DNA from: Polyangiales bacterium | GTDB taxonomy: Bacteria; Myxococcota_A; Polyangia; Polyangiales; Polyangiaceae | Length of the DNA: 64,000 bases | Assembly: GCA_038231275.1 (NCBI GenBank) | Contig: JBBRLQ010000012.1 | Location: 165,389 to 229,388 of the forward strand | Direction of reading: 5' to 3' | Shown: positions 31,084 to 40,650 of the stretch, piece by piece | How positions within the stretch are numbered: the stretch's first letter is position 1 | Layout: each line of letters begins with the position of its first letter | The notes under the pieces: generated by a model | The model's database searches: none | The model's input: only the letters and a program-made list of their open reading frames with translations | Told to the model about the DNA's origin: nothing | Translations under genes and position numbers: made by a program

Positions 31084-31615
31084 CCTCAGCGCGAGGGTCT
31101 GCATCCGCGCTCCACCGAGCCTCGTGCGCGAGCAGCCAGGCCTTGCGCTCGATGCCCCACGCGTAGCCGGTCAGGCCGCCGTCCTTCCCGATGACACGGT
31201 GACATGGAACCGCGAGCGACACGGGGTTCGTCGCGTTGGCGCGCGCGACGGCGCGAACGGCGCGCGGCGTTCCCAGGCGAGCCGCGAGCTCTGCGTACGA
31301 GATGGTCGCGCCGAGGGGGATCGCCCGGAGAGCGCGCCACACGTTCGCTTGGAAGGGCGTCCCCCCGAGATCGAGAGGCACGTCGAAGAGGGCCCGATCC
31401 CCGTTAAAATAGTCCAGTACACGCGTCGCGACGCCATCCGGATCGGGCGACGACACGAGGCGCGCGTCGGGGAATCGTCGCGCGACGCGTCGCGAGAGAT
31501 CGGCCTCGGCGGCGGGGCCGAGACCAAGGGCACACATTCCGTCGTCGGTGACGGCGAGCCAGCACGCTCCGACGGTCTCCGGGAGGGTCTCGAGGCAGGT
31601 CGTTCGCACGATCAT
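31067..31615 (-). CDS. ogt: Methylated-DNA-protein cysteine methyltransferase
   Basis: GTPFQ..VW..L..IP.G...SY; PCHRV active site. Confidence 0.92.
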   Translation of the reverse strand: MIVRTTCLETLPETVGACWLAVTDDGMCALGLGPAAEADLSRRVARRFPDARLVSSPDPDGVATRVLDYFNGDRALFDVPLDLGGTPFQANVWRALRAIPLGATISYAELAARLGTPRAVRAVARANATNPVSLAVPCHRVIGKDGGLTGYAWGIERKAWLLAHEARWSADADPRAEVTSAP

Positions 31616-33063
31616 CGTTCGCTCCTCTTCTCGTTCTGAAGATCCGTGTCGGTGCTCCACACGTGCATCGCGCCGTACGCGCGCCACGGACGCCACGCCT
31701 CCGCGCGCGCGGCGACGTCGTGGGTGCCCAGCGTTCGCCGCAAGCCAAGGTCCGTGTCCGGGACCGCGTCGGTCGCGCCGAGCGCGCGCATCGCCACGTA
31801 CGCCGCGGTCCACGGCCCGACGCCGCGAATCGCCATGAGCGCCGCGGTCGTTGCCTCTTCGGTCCCGGGCTCCAGCACGAGGCCTCCCTCCACCGCGCGC
31901 GCGAGCGCTCGGATCGCGTCGGCGCGTGCCTTTGGCAGACCGATGCGCTCGACCTTCGCCGTCGCGAGCGCGCGCGCGGTCGGAAAGATGTGCGTGAGCG
32001 CCGGCGCAAGCGCGCCTTCCGGGACGCGCGCGCCGAACGCCGCCGCGAGTCGACCTGCGAGCGTCGTCGCTCCCGCCACCGTCACTTGCTGGCCGAGGAT
32101 CGCGCGCACGGCAAGCTCGAAGCCGTCCCACGCGCCCGGCACGCGCAGCCCTGGCCGCGCGCGCACGGACCTCCGCAGAACCGGATCGCGCCCGAGCACC
32201 CGCGCGACGGCGCGCGGATCGACGTCGAGATCGAACAGCCGCCGCGCGCGCTGCACCAGCCCGTACAGCGGCGCGACCGCCGGCACGTCGAGGCGAAGCT
32301 CCAGCGCATCGTCACCCGAACGAGGACGCACCTCGAGCCGCCCGACCGCGCCTCCGCCCGCGTCGAACGTGCGCCGGTAGGCGTCGCCCACGACCTCCTC
32401 GACGCCCGGCGTCGCGCGCGCGCCGAGGAACGCCAGCAGCTCTCGCCACGCCAATGGGCCTCGATACGCGAGGCGCAGCACGATGAGCTCCTCTCCCCTC
32501 GCCCCCTTCTTGCGGACCTCCGACGGCGCCGCGCGAAACGTCGCCCGAAATGCGTCGTTGAACCGCCGCACGCTGCGGAAGCCCGACGCGTACGCCACGT
32601 CGACGACGGGGACTCGTGTTTCTTCAAGCATTTTACGTGCAAAGTGCAACTTGTGGGTATTGGCGACCGCGTGCGGCGACGCGCCGAGGTGGTCGGCGAA
32701 GAGGCGCCGCAAGTGGCGCGCACCGACGCCGAGCCGCGCCGCGAGCTCGTCCATGTCGCACGTGTGCCCCTCCGCGATGAGGCGCAGCGCGCGCGTCACG
32801 GTCACCGGCGCTCCGATCGCCGCGGGAGACGTCGCCGACGCATCCGGCCGACACCGCAAGCACGCGCGCAGACCTTGCCCCTCCGCCGCCGCCGCGCACG
32901 CGAAGAACGTCACGTTGCGCCGGTGCGGCATCCGCGCCGGGCACCCCGGCCGGCAGTAGATGCGCGTCGACAGGACGCCCGCGACGAAGCGCCCTTCGAA
33001 GCGCCGATCGCGGCTCTGCATCGCCTTCCAGCAGCTGTCGTCGTCGAGGTCCACGCCCTCCAT
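31612..33063 (-). CDS. alkA: Ada metal-binding/AraC-AlkA fusion, 3-methyladenine DNA glycosylase
   Basis: IYCRPGC...CLRCRP Zn site, AraC HTH, AlkA ILGQQVT, HhH GVGPWTA, WRPWRAY. Confidence 0.9.
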   Translation of the reverse strand: MEGVDLDDDSCWKAMQSRDRRFEGRFVAGVLSTRIYCRPGCPARMPHRRNVTFFACAAAAEGQGLRACLRCRPDASATSPAAIGAPVTVTRALRLIAEGHTCDMDELAARLGVGARHLRRLFADHLGASPHAVANTHKLHFARKMLEETRVPVVDVAYASGFRSVRRFNDAFRATFRAAPSEVRKKGARGEELIVLRLAYRGPLAWRELLAFLGARATPGVEEVVGDAYRRTFDAGGGAVGRLEVRPRSGDDALELRLDVPAVAPLYGLVQRARRLFDLDVDPRAVARVLGRDPVLRRSVRARPGLRVPGAWDGFELAVRAILGQQVTVAGATTLAGRLAAAFGARVPEGALAPALTHIFPTARALATAKVERIGLPKARADAIRALARAVEGGLVLEPGTEEATTAALMAIRGVGPWTAAYVAMRALGATDAVPDTDLGLRRTLGTHDVAARAEAWRPWRAYGAMHVWSTDTDLQNEKRSER

Positions 33064-33117
33064 CTAGCGCGCGTCGGTGCGCGACGCTGGCCATTTTCGG
33101 ACGTCGTGATTTTCGGT

Positions 33118-34029
33118 CTACTCGCGCCGTTCGCGCTTCATCGCCTCGAGCTCGTCGAGGGACTTCGGCCAGTCTTTGCCGAGGAGACGGGAGAGCGCGC
33201 GGTCGGCGAGAAGCTTTCCGCCGGTCTGGCACGTCGCGCAGTAGTTCGACTCGTTCTCGGCGTACACGATGCGCAGCACGCGCTTTCCGCAGACCGGGCA
33301 CGATTTACCGTACTTGCCGTGCACCGCCATCTCTTCGCGGAACGCGGTGACCTTGGTGGGGAACGCGTCCTTCGACTCGGCGCGCAGGCGATCGGTCCAC
33401 TCGCGGAGCGTCACGAGCGTCGCGTCGAAGAGGCGGGCGATCTCGTCCTCCTTCAGCTGGCGGGAGAGGCGCGTCGGCGAGAGCTTGGCGCGGTGGAGGA
33501 TCTCGTCGGAGTACGCGTTGCCGATGCCGCTGAAGAGGTGCGGATCGGTGAGCGTGCGCTTCAGCGTGTGGCTCTCGCGATGGAGGGCCTCGGTGAAGGC
33601 AGGGAGCGACGCCGTCATCACCTCCAGGCCGCCGGGATCCATCGCCGCGAGCGAGGCCGCTCCGCGCAGCACGTGAATCGACGCGCGCTTTTTCGTGCTG
33701 ACCTCGGTCAAGATGAGCGTCCCCGTCGCAAAATCGAACGCCGCGAGCCCCACCTTCTTCGGCACCGGCGCGCCCGGCGGCTCGAGCCACTTGAACCGAC
33801 CCGCCACCATGAGGTGGACGACGACGAAGAACTCCTCGTCCAGGTGAAGGACGATCCGCTTGCCGAGGCGCGAGACGGCGCGGACGATCTTGCCCTCGAC
33901 GGCGCGCGGCGAAGGATCAAACGAGCGAAGGACGAACGGACTCGCGACACGGACCTTGTCGAGCGTCGTCCCCACGACGCGCTTCGCGATGTGCTCGACG
34001 TAGACCGTGACGTCCGGGAGCTCGGGCAT
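33118..34029 (-). CDS. Fpg/Nei family DNA glycosylase/AP lyase
   Basis: N-terminal PELPDV, HLM, GIGNAYSDEIL, CPVC...YCATCQ zinc finger. Confidence 0.9.
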   Translation of the reverse strand: MPELPDVTVYVEHIAKRVVGTTLDKVRVASPFVLRSFDPSPRAVEGKIVRAVSRLGKRIVLHLDEEFFVVVHLMVAGRFKWLEPPGAPVPKKVGLAAFDFATGTLILTEVSTKKRASIHVLRGAASLAAMDPGGLEVMTASLPAFTEALHRESHTLKRTLTDPHLFSGIGNAYSDEILHRAKLSPTRLSRQLKEDEIARLFDATLVTLREWTDRLRAESKDAFPTKVTAFREEMAVHGKYGKSCPVCGKRVLRIVYAENESNYCATCQTGGKLLADRALSRLLGKDWPKSLDELEAMKRERRE

Positions 34030-34032
34030 GTT

Positions 34033-35673
34033 CTATCCGGGGAGAGGGAGCTCGGGATGCGGCTTCGGCGCCCGGCGCTTGACGAGGACGTACCCGCCCC
34101 ACGCCGCCGCGCCCATCAGCGCCAGGACGAGGAGCGTGATCAAGATGACGAGCGGCGCGCGTGAGCGACGGCGAGGCTCGGCGCGAGACGGTTCGCCGAA
34201 CGACGGGTACTGCTCGCGCACCGGCGGTACGTGAGAGGGCGGCGGCGGCATCGCGAAGGGCGCGGAGGAGTTCGGCGTCTCCGGCGGATTCGACGGTCCG
34301 TGCTGCGGCGGCGGGTAATAAGGCGCCTGCTGCTGTTGCTGCTGTTGCTGCTGTTGCTGTTGTTGCTGCTGGGCGGGCCCGAGCTGTGCGATCGCGGCCT
34401 GCGCGGCTTGGGCGGCGGCGACTTGCGCAATGGCTTTGTCGCGCGAGGCCTTCCACTCGGGCGACGCGTCGAGCGGCAACGTGTGCTGCGCCTGTTGCGC
34501 GGGCGCCGGCATCTGCACGTGCACTTGCAGCGGTTCCTGCGACGGGGACGGCTGCGGCTGGGACAGTCGTTGTGTCACCGGCGGGAGCACCGGGCGCGGC
34601 GCCGCGAGGCGAAGGGTGTGCGGTGAGACCTCCTCCACCTTGCGGGGCGTGACGCCAGCGATCGCCTCGGCGAGCTGCACGCGCGCCTCGATGATGCGCG
34701 GGTCTTCCATCACGGTGGCGCCGAGATCCGCCGCGGGCGCCTTGCCGCGCACCGCGTCCTTGAGGACGCCCCAGAACTCTCCGCAGGACTGCGGGCGATC
34801 GGCCGGCTTCATCGCCACCGCGCGCGCGAAGAGCGTCTCGATGGCATCGGGCACGATGACCCCGAGGCTGCGCGGCGTCGGCTTGGTGGCGGGGTTCAAG
34901 GCGAGCATCGCTCCTTCCGCCATCGAGTCCGCGTGGCGCGCCTTCTGATCGGCGAGCGACTCCGCGATGACGAGCGCGATCGCGTAGACGTCGGTCCATG
35001 GCCCCACCGGCCCCACGCGCGGATCGAACTGCTCCGGCGCGCCGTACGACGGCGAGCACATGAAAAAGTTCCCCGCCGTCTTCACGCTCGGCTGCATACC
35101 GATCGCCTCGTCGTCGAAGATCTTGGCGAGGCCGAAGTCGAGGACCTTGAGCTTCATGCCCTCGCGCGTCTGCGTGTAGATGAGGTTGCCGGGCTTGATG
35201 TCGCGGTGGACGACGCCCTGCGAGTGCGCGTAGGCGAGGGCCTGCACCGCCGGATCGAAGAGCTTGACGGCCTCTTCGAGCGTGAGCGGCATCTTGCCGC
35301 GACCGCGACGCCCGCGGAACTCTTGCACGAGCGAGTGCCCGTCGAGCCACTCGAGCGCCATGTAGGGCACCAGCATTCCGCTGATCGGCGCGATGCACGT
35401 CCCGCTCGTGATGCTGCGGCAGATGAACAGGCTGCCTTGCGAGAGGCGATAGAGGAGGCGGCCCTCGTCCTTGAAGCGCTTACCGAACGCGTCGGCGAGC
35501 TTGGGATCGAGACGCCGCGGGAGCTTCAGGCACTTGATGGCGACGGGCTCACCGAGGCCGAGGTGCTCGCCCTTGTAGACGATGCTGAATCCACCCTCGC
35601 CGATGACCTCGTCGACCCGCAACTGTCCGTCGATGATCTGCCCGATCAATCCGAACGGATCTGCGACGGCCAT
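34033..35673 (-). CDS. Membrane Ser/Thr protein kinase with poly-Gln tract
   Basis: GEGGFSIVY, HRDIKPGN, DFG, APE; Q15; C-terminal TM. Confidence 0.9.
   Translation of the reverse strand: MAVADPFGLIGQIIDGQLRVDEVIGEGGFSIVYKGEHLGLGEPVAIKCLKLPRRLDPKLADAFGKRFKDEGRLLYRLSQGSLFICRSITSGTCIAPISGMLVPYMALEWLDGHSLVQEFRGRRGRGKMPLTLEEAVKLFDPAVQALAYAHSQGVVHRDIKPGNLIYTQTREGMKLKVLDFGLAKIFDDEAIGMQPSVKTAGNFFMCSPSYGAPEQFDPRVGPVGPWTDVYAIALVIAESLADQKARHADSMAEGAMLALNPATKPTPRSLGVIVPDAIETLFARAVAMKPADRPQSCGEFWGVLKDAVRGKAPAADLGATVMEDPRIIEARVQLAEAIAGVTPRKVEEVSPHTLRLAAPRPVLPPVTQRLSQPQPSPSQEPLQVHVQMPAPAQQAQHTLPLDASPEWKASRDKAIAQVAAAQAAQAAIAQLGPAQQQQQQQQQQQQQQQAPYYPPPQHGPSNPPETPNSSAPFAMPPPPSHVPPVREQYPSFGEPSRAEPRRRSRAPLVILITLLVLALMGAAAWGGYVLVKRRAPKPHPELPLPG
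34327..34371 (-). repeat. CAG/CAA tract encoding Q15
   Basis: Directly visible. Confidence 0.9.
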
Positions 35674-35768
35674 GCGGCCCTCACGATACCCGCGCGACGC
35701 GTGGTAAGGAACCTCGTAGAGGTCCTCTGAAAAACGTCGCTCCCACGCTGCTTCTGGCCTTTTTCACG

Positions 35769-36701
35769 TTGGCGCTGGCCGGGGCGTGCTCGCCTGCCCC
35801 GAACCCGACCGCCGCAGCGCCGAAGGTGAGCGCGTGGAAGACCTCGCTGGACGCCGCGCACCCGCTCGTCGGCAAGGTCTGGGACGCGCGCCGGAGCCGC
35901 TTCACCGGGCCTGACGACGTGTTCGCGGCGCTGGCGGGGGCCGACTTCGTGCTCCTCGGCGAGAAGCACGACAACGCCGATCATCACGCCCTCCAGGCGC
36001 GCGCGTTGCGCGAGATGCTCGCGCGCGGGCGGTCGCCGGCGGTCGCGTTCGAGATGCTCGACGAGGATCAGCAGCCCGCGGTCGATGCGTTCTTGGCGTC
36101 GCCGGGCGCGACCGCCGCCGGCTTCGGCGCGCACGTGGCGTGGGACCACCGCGGATGGCGCCAATATGCGTGGTACGCGCCGATCGTCGACGCCGCGATC
36201 GGCGCGCACCTCCCGATCGTGGCGACGAACCTGGTGAAGAAGGAGCTCCGCGCGATCGTTCAGGGCGGCCTCGACTCGGTGCCGCCCGCGCGCGCGAAGG
36301 AGCTCGGCCTCGATGTGCCGCTGCCGGACGCGCAGGCCGCCGAAGTGGTGGAGGAGATGCGGACCTCCCACTGCGGTCAGCTCCCCGAAGAGATGATCCT
36401 CCCGATGGCGACGGCGCAGCGCGCGCGCGACGGAGCGCTGGGCCTTCACATGATCACGGCGGCGTCGGCCGGCGCAAAGACGCGGCCGGTCGTCCTCGTC
36501 GCCGGCAACGGTCACGCGCGCACCGATCGCGGCGTGCCGGCGTTCCTCTACGCGCGCGCGCCGAACGCGAAGGTCGTGAGCGTGGCGATGCTCGAGGTCG
36601 AGCACGGCGTCGACGTACCCAAGCCCGAGCCCTACGACTACGTCTTTTACACGCCCCGCGCCTCCGACGAAGACCCGTGCGCCAAGATGATGCACCGCTG
36701 A
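35769..36701 (+). CDS. ChaN/PhuW-family heme-uptake lipoprotein (true start probably slightly upstream)
   Basis: AGAC lipobox; VLLGEKHDN..HH..Q, VAFEML, RD, AGNGH. Confidence 0.8.
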   Translation: MALAGACSPAPNPTAAAPKVSAWKTSLDAAHPLVGKVWDARRSRFTGPDDVFAALAGADFVLLGEKHDNADHHALQARALREMLARGRSPAVAFEMLDEDQQPAVDAFLASPGATAAGFGAHVAWDHRGWRQYAWYAPIVDAAIGAHLPIVATNLVKKELRAIVQGGLDSVPPARAKELGLDVPLPDAQAAEVVEEMRTSHCGQLPEEMILPMATAQRARDGALGLHMITAASAGAKTRPVVLVAGNGHARTDRGVPAFLYARAPNAKVVSVAMLEVEHGVDVPKPEPYDYVFYTPRASDEDPCAKMMHR

Positions 36702-36722
36702 TTTCGCGAAACGGCGCTGGCG

Positions 36723-37886
36723 TCAGAACGTGACGACGGCGCCGAGGTGGAACGTCACCTCGCGGACGTGGCCGCGCGCGTCCTCGTCGGAGAAGCCCCA
36801 GAGCTCGGTGGAGCTCTTGATGCGGAGGCTCCGCACGACGAGGATCGACGTGCCGAGCGTGAAGCGTCCGACCGCGCTCTTTCGGCTGAGCATGCTGGCG
36901 GCGAGCACGTTCCCTTCGCGAAACATGCCGTCGACGCGCACGATCCCGTCGACCCGTTCGCTGAGCGGATGCTCGAGCTCGAGGTACGCGCCGTGCTTCG
37001 CGAAGAAGTTGCCGTGCGTCGCCGGCGTGTCGAACTTGAAGCGACTCGGATCGGACACGTCGAACGACTGCCGTCTCACGAGGTACTCGGCGCGGAGACT
37101 CGTGCGGTCGATGCGAAGGCTCGCGTCGGCGCCCGCGATCACGTACGAGTGATCGTTCGCCGGATCGAACGTGCCACCCATGACGCTGCTGCCGACGGTG
37201 AGGTCCGTCAGCTCCGAGAGCTTCGCGGTGAGGGAAATCCGCCCGCCCACGGTAGGTCGGTTGTTGTTGTCGACGTAGTACGCGCTGCCCGAGCGCGACT
37301 GGACGAAGTCGAGATCGACGCCGTCCCTCGGAGCTTTGAAGCCGCTGATGCCGTACGCCGCGTAGTCGAGCTGCGCGGTGCCTCCGAACCAGTGCGTTCC
37401 GCTCACCTCGAAGCCGTTGTCGGGGAACGGGCTCGGGAGCACGCCCATGTTCCAGTCGCGGAGGCGCAGCATGCGACCCATGTCGTAGGGGAGCGGCTTG
37501 TCGCTGAGCCTGTGATTGCCCGGATCGTGGCGCAGGTTGAACGCGCCGAAGCTCGCGTTGATGCGGCCTGCGCGGAACGCGAGCTCGTCGGCCACGCGAA
37601 AATCCATGTAGGCCATGTCCGTCTCGAAGCCGTGGCAGCCGTAACAGACCTTCACGTTCGCGGAGAGGTGGTCGGTCAGATCGACGACCAGCTTGAGCGA
37701 CGCCTCGGTCGTGAAGCCGTCGAACGAGAGGGCGCGGCCGTTCGCGTCGCTGGGCGACGGGACGATGTGGTAGTCGAACTGCGCCGATCCCGTGAAGGTG
37801 CGCTCGACCGCGTGCGCGGTTCCCGTCATGAGCGCGAAGATCGCGGCGAAGAAGACGACCGTGAAGAGGAGCGAAAGACCCTTCAT
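36723..37886 (-). CDS. Outer-membrane beta-barrel (porin-like) containing a CxxCH motif
   Basis: Signal peptide; amphipathic strands; C-terminal Phe (HLGAVVTF); CYGCH. Confidence 0.7.
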   Translation of the reverse strand: MKGLSLLFTVVFFAAIFALMTGTAHAVERTFTGSAQFDYHIVPSPSDANGRALSFDGFTTEASLKLVVDLTDHLSANVKVCYGCHGFETDMAYMDFRVADELAFRAGRINASFGAFNLRHDPGNHRLSDKPLPYDMGRMLRLRDWNMGVLPSPFPDNGFEVSGTHWFGGTAQLDYAAYGISGFKAPRDGVDLDFVQSRSGSAYYVDNNNRPTVGGRISLTAKLSELTDLTVGSSVMGGTFDPANDHSYVIAGADASLRIDRTSLRAEYLVRRQSFDVSDPSRFKFDTPATHGNFFAKHGAYLELEHPLSERVDGIVRVDGMFREGNVLAASMLSRKSAVGRFTLGTSILVVRSLRIKSSTELWGFSDEDARGHVREVTFHLGAVVTF

Positions 37887-38227
37887 TTCTCGGCCTCCCG
37901 CTGGCGCTCACGCTCCTGGGCGGAGTACACGCGCAAGAAGCGCAAGACGGCGGCCGCGTCGTCGTCGGAGATGCCGCTGCCCGGGAGATGCTGCATCTTC
38001 GCGACGTAGAGCGCCCAGTACGCGTCGCTCGTGATGCCGCTGTCGAGCGGACGCGAGAGCGCGTGACACTTCGAGCAGCGGCGCGCGAAGATCGCGTAGT
38101 CGGCGCGCGTGTCCTGCGGAAGCGACGCGGGATCGACCCCCGCGACGGTTCGTCCCGGCGGAGGGCTGCCGCACGCCGCCGCGAGCGGCGCGGCGACGAC
38201 GAGCAGCGAGAGCAGACGTCTCATCAT
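37883..38227 (-). CDS. Monoheme c-type cytochrome lipoprotein
   Basis: AAAC lipobox; CSKCH; W..YV.KM distal Met candidate. Confidence 0.8.
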   Translation of the reverse strand: MMRRLLSLLVVAAPLAAACGSPPPGRTVAGVDPASLPQDTRADYAIFARRCSKCHALSRPLDSGITSDAYWALYVAKMQHLPGSGISDDDAAAVLRFLRVYSAQERERQREAEK

Positions 38228-38775
38228 TCGGAGTCGGCCCCCTTGGCCCCTTCGGCGATCCAGCGTTCCATGAGCGCGATCTGTCCGTCGGACCAATAGG
38301 CGGGGCCGTTGAACGGCATGCGGACGCCAGTCGGGTAAGTGCCGTGGAGCTTTTGGACGATCGCCGAATGGGCGGGATCGCCGGCGATCACGATCGACGA
38401 CGCCGTCGTGTTCCCGCCCTTGCGGAGGGATCCAAGCGTCGACATGTCGAGGTTCGTGAGGTTCGTCCCGATGTGCGACGGCTCTGTCGAGTAGTGGCAC
38501 GCTTTGCATCCATGGCCCGTGGGATCGGTGTCGGACCGGTTCATGAGCGGGCGGATGTCGTCACGGAAGCTCACCGGACGCGGCGCGGCGTCCACGTCGG
38601 CATCGCCGGCGTCGATCAAGCCGTCCGCGTCGCCCTCGATCGTGGCGTCGATGTCGCCGGCGTCCGAGCCGACGGGCGGTCCGAGGCTCGGCTCGAGGAC
38701 GCTGCACGCCGCAAGCGCTAGGAGGAGCGTGCCGAGCGCAGCGGAGATGGACAAGAGGAGTGACGCTCGCGTCAT
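38224..38775 (-). CDS. Monoheme c-type cytochrome lipoprotein (planctomycete cytochrome C-like)
   Basis: LAAC lipobox; VSF..DIRP, CKACH, GDP..S, RMP, WIAEGA. Confidence 0.8.
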   Translation of the reverse strand: MTRASLLLSISAALGTLLLALAACSVLEPSLGPPVGSDAGDIDATIEGDADGLIDAGDADVDAAPRPVSFRDDIRPLMNRSDTDPTGHGCKACHYSTEPSHIGTNLTNLDMSTLGSLRKGGNTTASSIVIAGDPAHSAIVQKLHGTYPTGVRMPFNGPAYWSDGQIALMERWIAEGAKGADSE

Positions 38776-40637
38776 GGGGTGAAGCTCACGTCGAAGCGCG
38801 CGGTGGCGTCTCCCGTGTCGACGCTCGGCGCGCGCCCTCCGACGAAGCGGCTCTGCACGCACGCGCGGAGGCTCGGCGATCGCGCGACGCCGGTGACCGT
38901 GACGTGCACGACGCGCAAATCGTCGAGCGCCAGCGCGACCGTCGCGGCGCCTGGCGAATCAGGCTCGCCCGCCCGAACAGACGCGACGTAGCAACTGCGA
39001 AGATCGGCGCGTGAGACGAGCGCGTTGATGTCACGCGAGGACACGCGATCGAGGGAGAGCGAGGAAACGTCCGCCCGGGCGTGCGAGGGATCGAAGACGG
39101 GTGGAGTCGGGGTCGGGGTCGGGGTCGGAGTCGGAGTCGGAGTCGGAGTCGGAGTCGGAGTCGGAGTCGGAGTCGGCTCTCCGGTCGTGGTCGTCGTCGT
39201 GGTCGCCGTCGCGGTCGCGGTCGCGGTCGGCGTCGCGGTCGCGGTCGCGGTCGCGGTCGGGGTCGGGGTCGCGGTCGCGGTCGGCCTCGCGGTACGAGCC
39301 GGGGTGACCGAAGAGGAGACTGCCGGCGGCGTCGGCAGGATCGCGGCCGCGGCCGGCTCGGCGAGCGGCAACGGCGCCGGTGGAACCTGGGCGGCCGCCG
39401 TCATCACTCCTGGCGAAGGCGAAGCGACCGCTGAGGCTTGCGGACGCCGGTTCATGAAGAGGATTCCGGTCAGCGACGCCGCCAAGATGACCGCGGCTGC
39501 GATCGCGAGACGGCGGCGCGCCGGGGGAGTGGTCTCGAGATCCGGCGGCACGGGGATCGTTGCCACCGGCGGGCTCGACGCTCCCGTCGGCGACGTCGTC
39601 GGAGCGATCGTCCAGCGCGCGCTGCCATCACGCCGGGCCAGCGCGCTCCGGAGCTCCGCGCGCATCTCACGCGCCGACTGGAACCGCGCGCCGGGATTTT
39701 TCTCGAGCGCCTTCATGCATACTTCGGCGAGCGCGGCGGGCACGTTGGGATTCACCTCCGACGGCGACGGCGGCATGCGCGACACATGCATCTGCGCGAG
39801 GACCGCCGGCGAGTCGTCGTGGAACGGCGTCTGGCGGGTCAGGAGCTCGTAAAGAATGACCCCCAACGCGTAGAGATCGCTGCGCGCGTCGACGGGCTCG
39901 CCACACGCCTGCTCCGGCGACATGTACGCCGGCGTTCCGATGATGAGGCCGGCTTGCGTCAGGTGGCGCCCGTCCGCCGTCTTGCCGACCGACACCGGTC
40001 CCGTGAACGGGACATCGAGGCCGAGCCCATCGCTCAGCTTCGCGATCCCGAAGTCGCAGACCTTCACGAGATCGACCGGGTGCCCCTCGTCGTCGACCCT
40101 CCGCAGGATCATGATGTTCTCGGGCTTCAAGTCACGATGGAGAACCCCGAGCTCGTGCGCGACGGCGATGGCGGCGAGCGCCTGCATGACGATCCCGACC
40201 GCGCGCTCGTGCGCGAGCGGCCACTCGTGCACGAGCACGTCGAAGAGCGCGCGCCCCTCGAGGTACTCCATCGCGATGTACATCAGACCGTCCGGCTCAC
40301 GGCCGAAGTCGAGGACGCGCGTCGAGTTCTCGTGGTCGAGCTGCGACGCGGCCTGCGCCTCGACATGGAAGCGCGCGACGAAGTGCCCGTCGTCTTCGAG
40401 ATCGCGCCGAAGCACTTTCAGCGCGACCGTCTTTTTCAATGCGATCTGCTGCGCTCGATAGACCGTACCCATCGCACCACTCCCGACCACGGAGCGGATG
40501 GCGTACTTGCCGGCGATCGTCCTGCCGACGAGGAGAAGCTCGTCTTCACTACCCAATGCGCGTGCTCTACGGGCGAACCGATCGCTCGGTTGCGGGTCGC
40601 CCTCCGTTTCGTGGGGGCACCGGCGGCCTCGTCGCAC
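38772..40637 (-). CDS. Membrane Ser/Thr protein kinase with Thr/Pro linker and C-terminal AgmX/PglI (TonB-C-like) domain
   Basis: GSGAMGTVY, HRDLKPEN, DFG, YMSPE; TM; LRSCY...LRACV; alternative start TTG 40556. Confidence 0.88.
   Translation of the reverse strand: MRRGRRCPHETEGDPQPSDRFARRARALGSEDELLLVGRTIAGKYAIRSVVGSGAMGTVYRAQQIALKKTVALKVLRRDLEDDGHFVARFHVEAQAASQLDHENSTRVLDFGREPDGLMYIAMEYLEGRALFDVLVHEWPLAHERAVGIVMQALAAIAVAHELGVLHRDLKPENIMILRRVDDEGHPVDLVKVCDFGIAKLSDGLGLDVPFTGPVSVGKTADGRHLTQAGLIIGTPAYMSPEQACGEPVDARSDLYALGVILYELLTRQTPFHDDSPAVLAQMHVSRMPPSPSEVNPNVPAALAEVCMKALEKNPGARFQSAREMRAELRSALARRDGSARWTIAPTTSPTGASSPPVATIPVPPDLETTPPARRRLAIAAAVILAASLTGILFMNRRPQASAVASPSPGVMTAAAQVPPAPLPLAEPAAAAILPTPPAVSSSVTPARTARPTATATPTPTATATATATPTATATATATTTTTTTGEPTPTPTPTPTPTPTPTPTPTPTPTPPVFDPSHARADVSSLSLDRVSSRDINALVSRADLRSCYVASVRAGEPDSPGAATVALALDDLRVVHVTVTGVARSPSLRACVQSRFVGGRAPSVDTGDATARFDVSFTP
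39102..39283 (-). repeat. Pro-Thr and Thr-Ala hexamer arrays
   Basis: Directly visible tandem hexamers. Confidence 0.85.
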
Positions 40638-40650
40638 ACGCGACCGTCGC

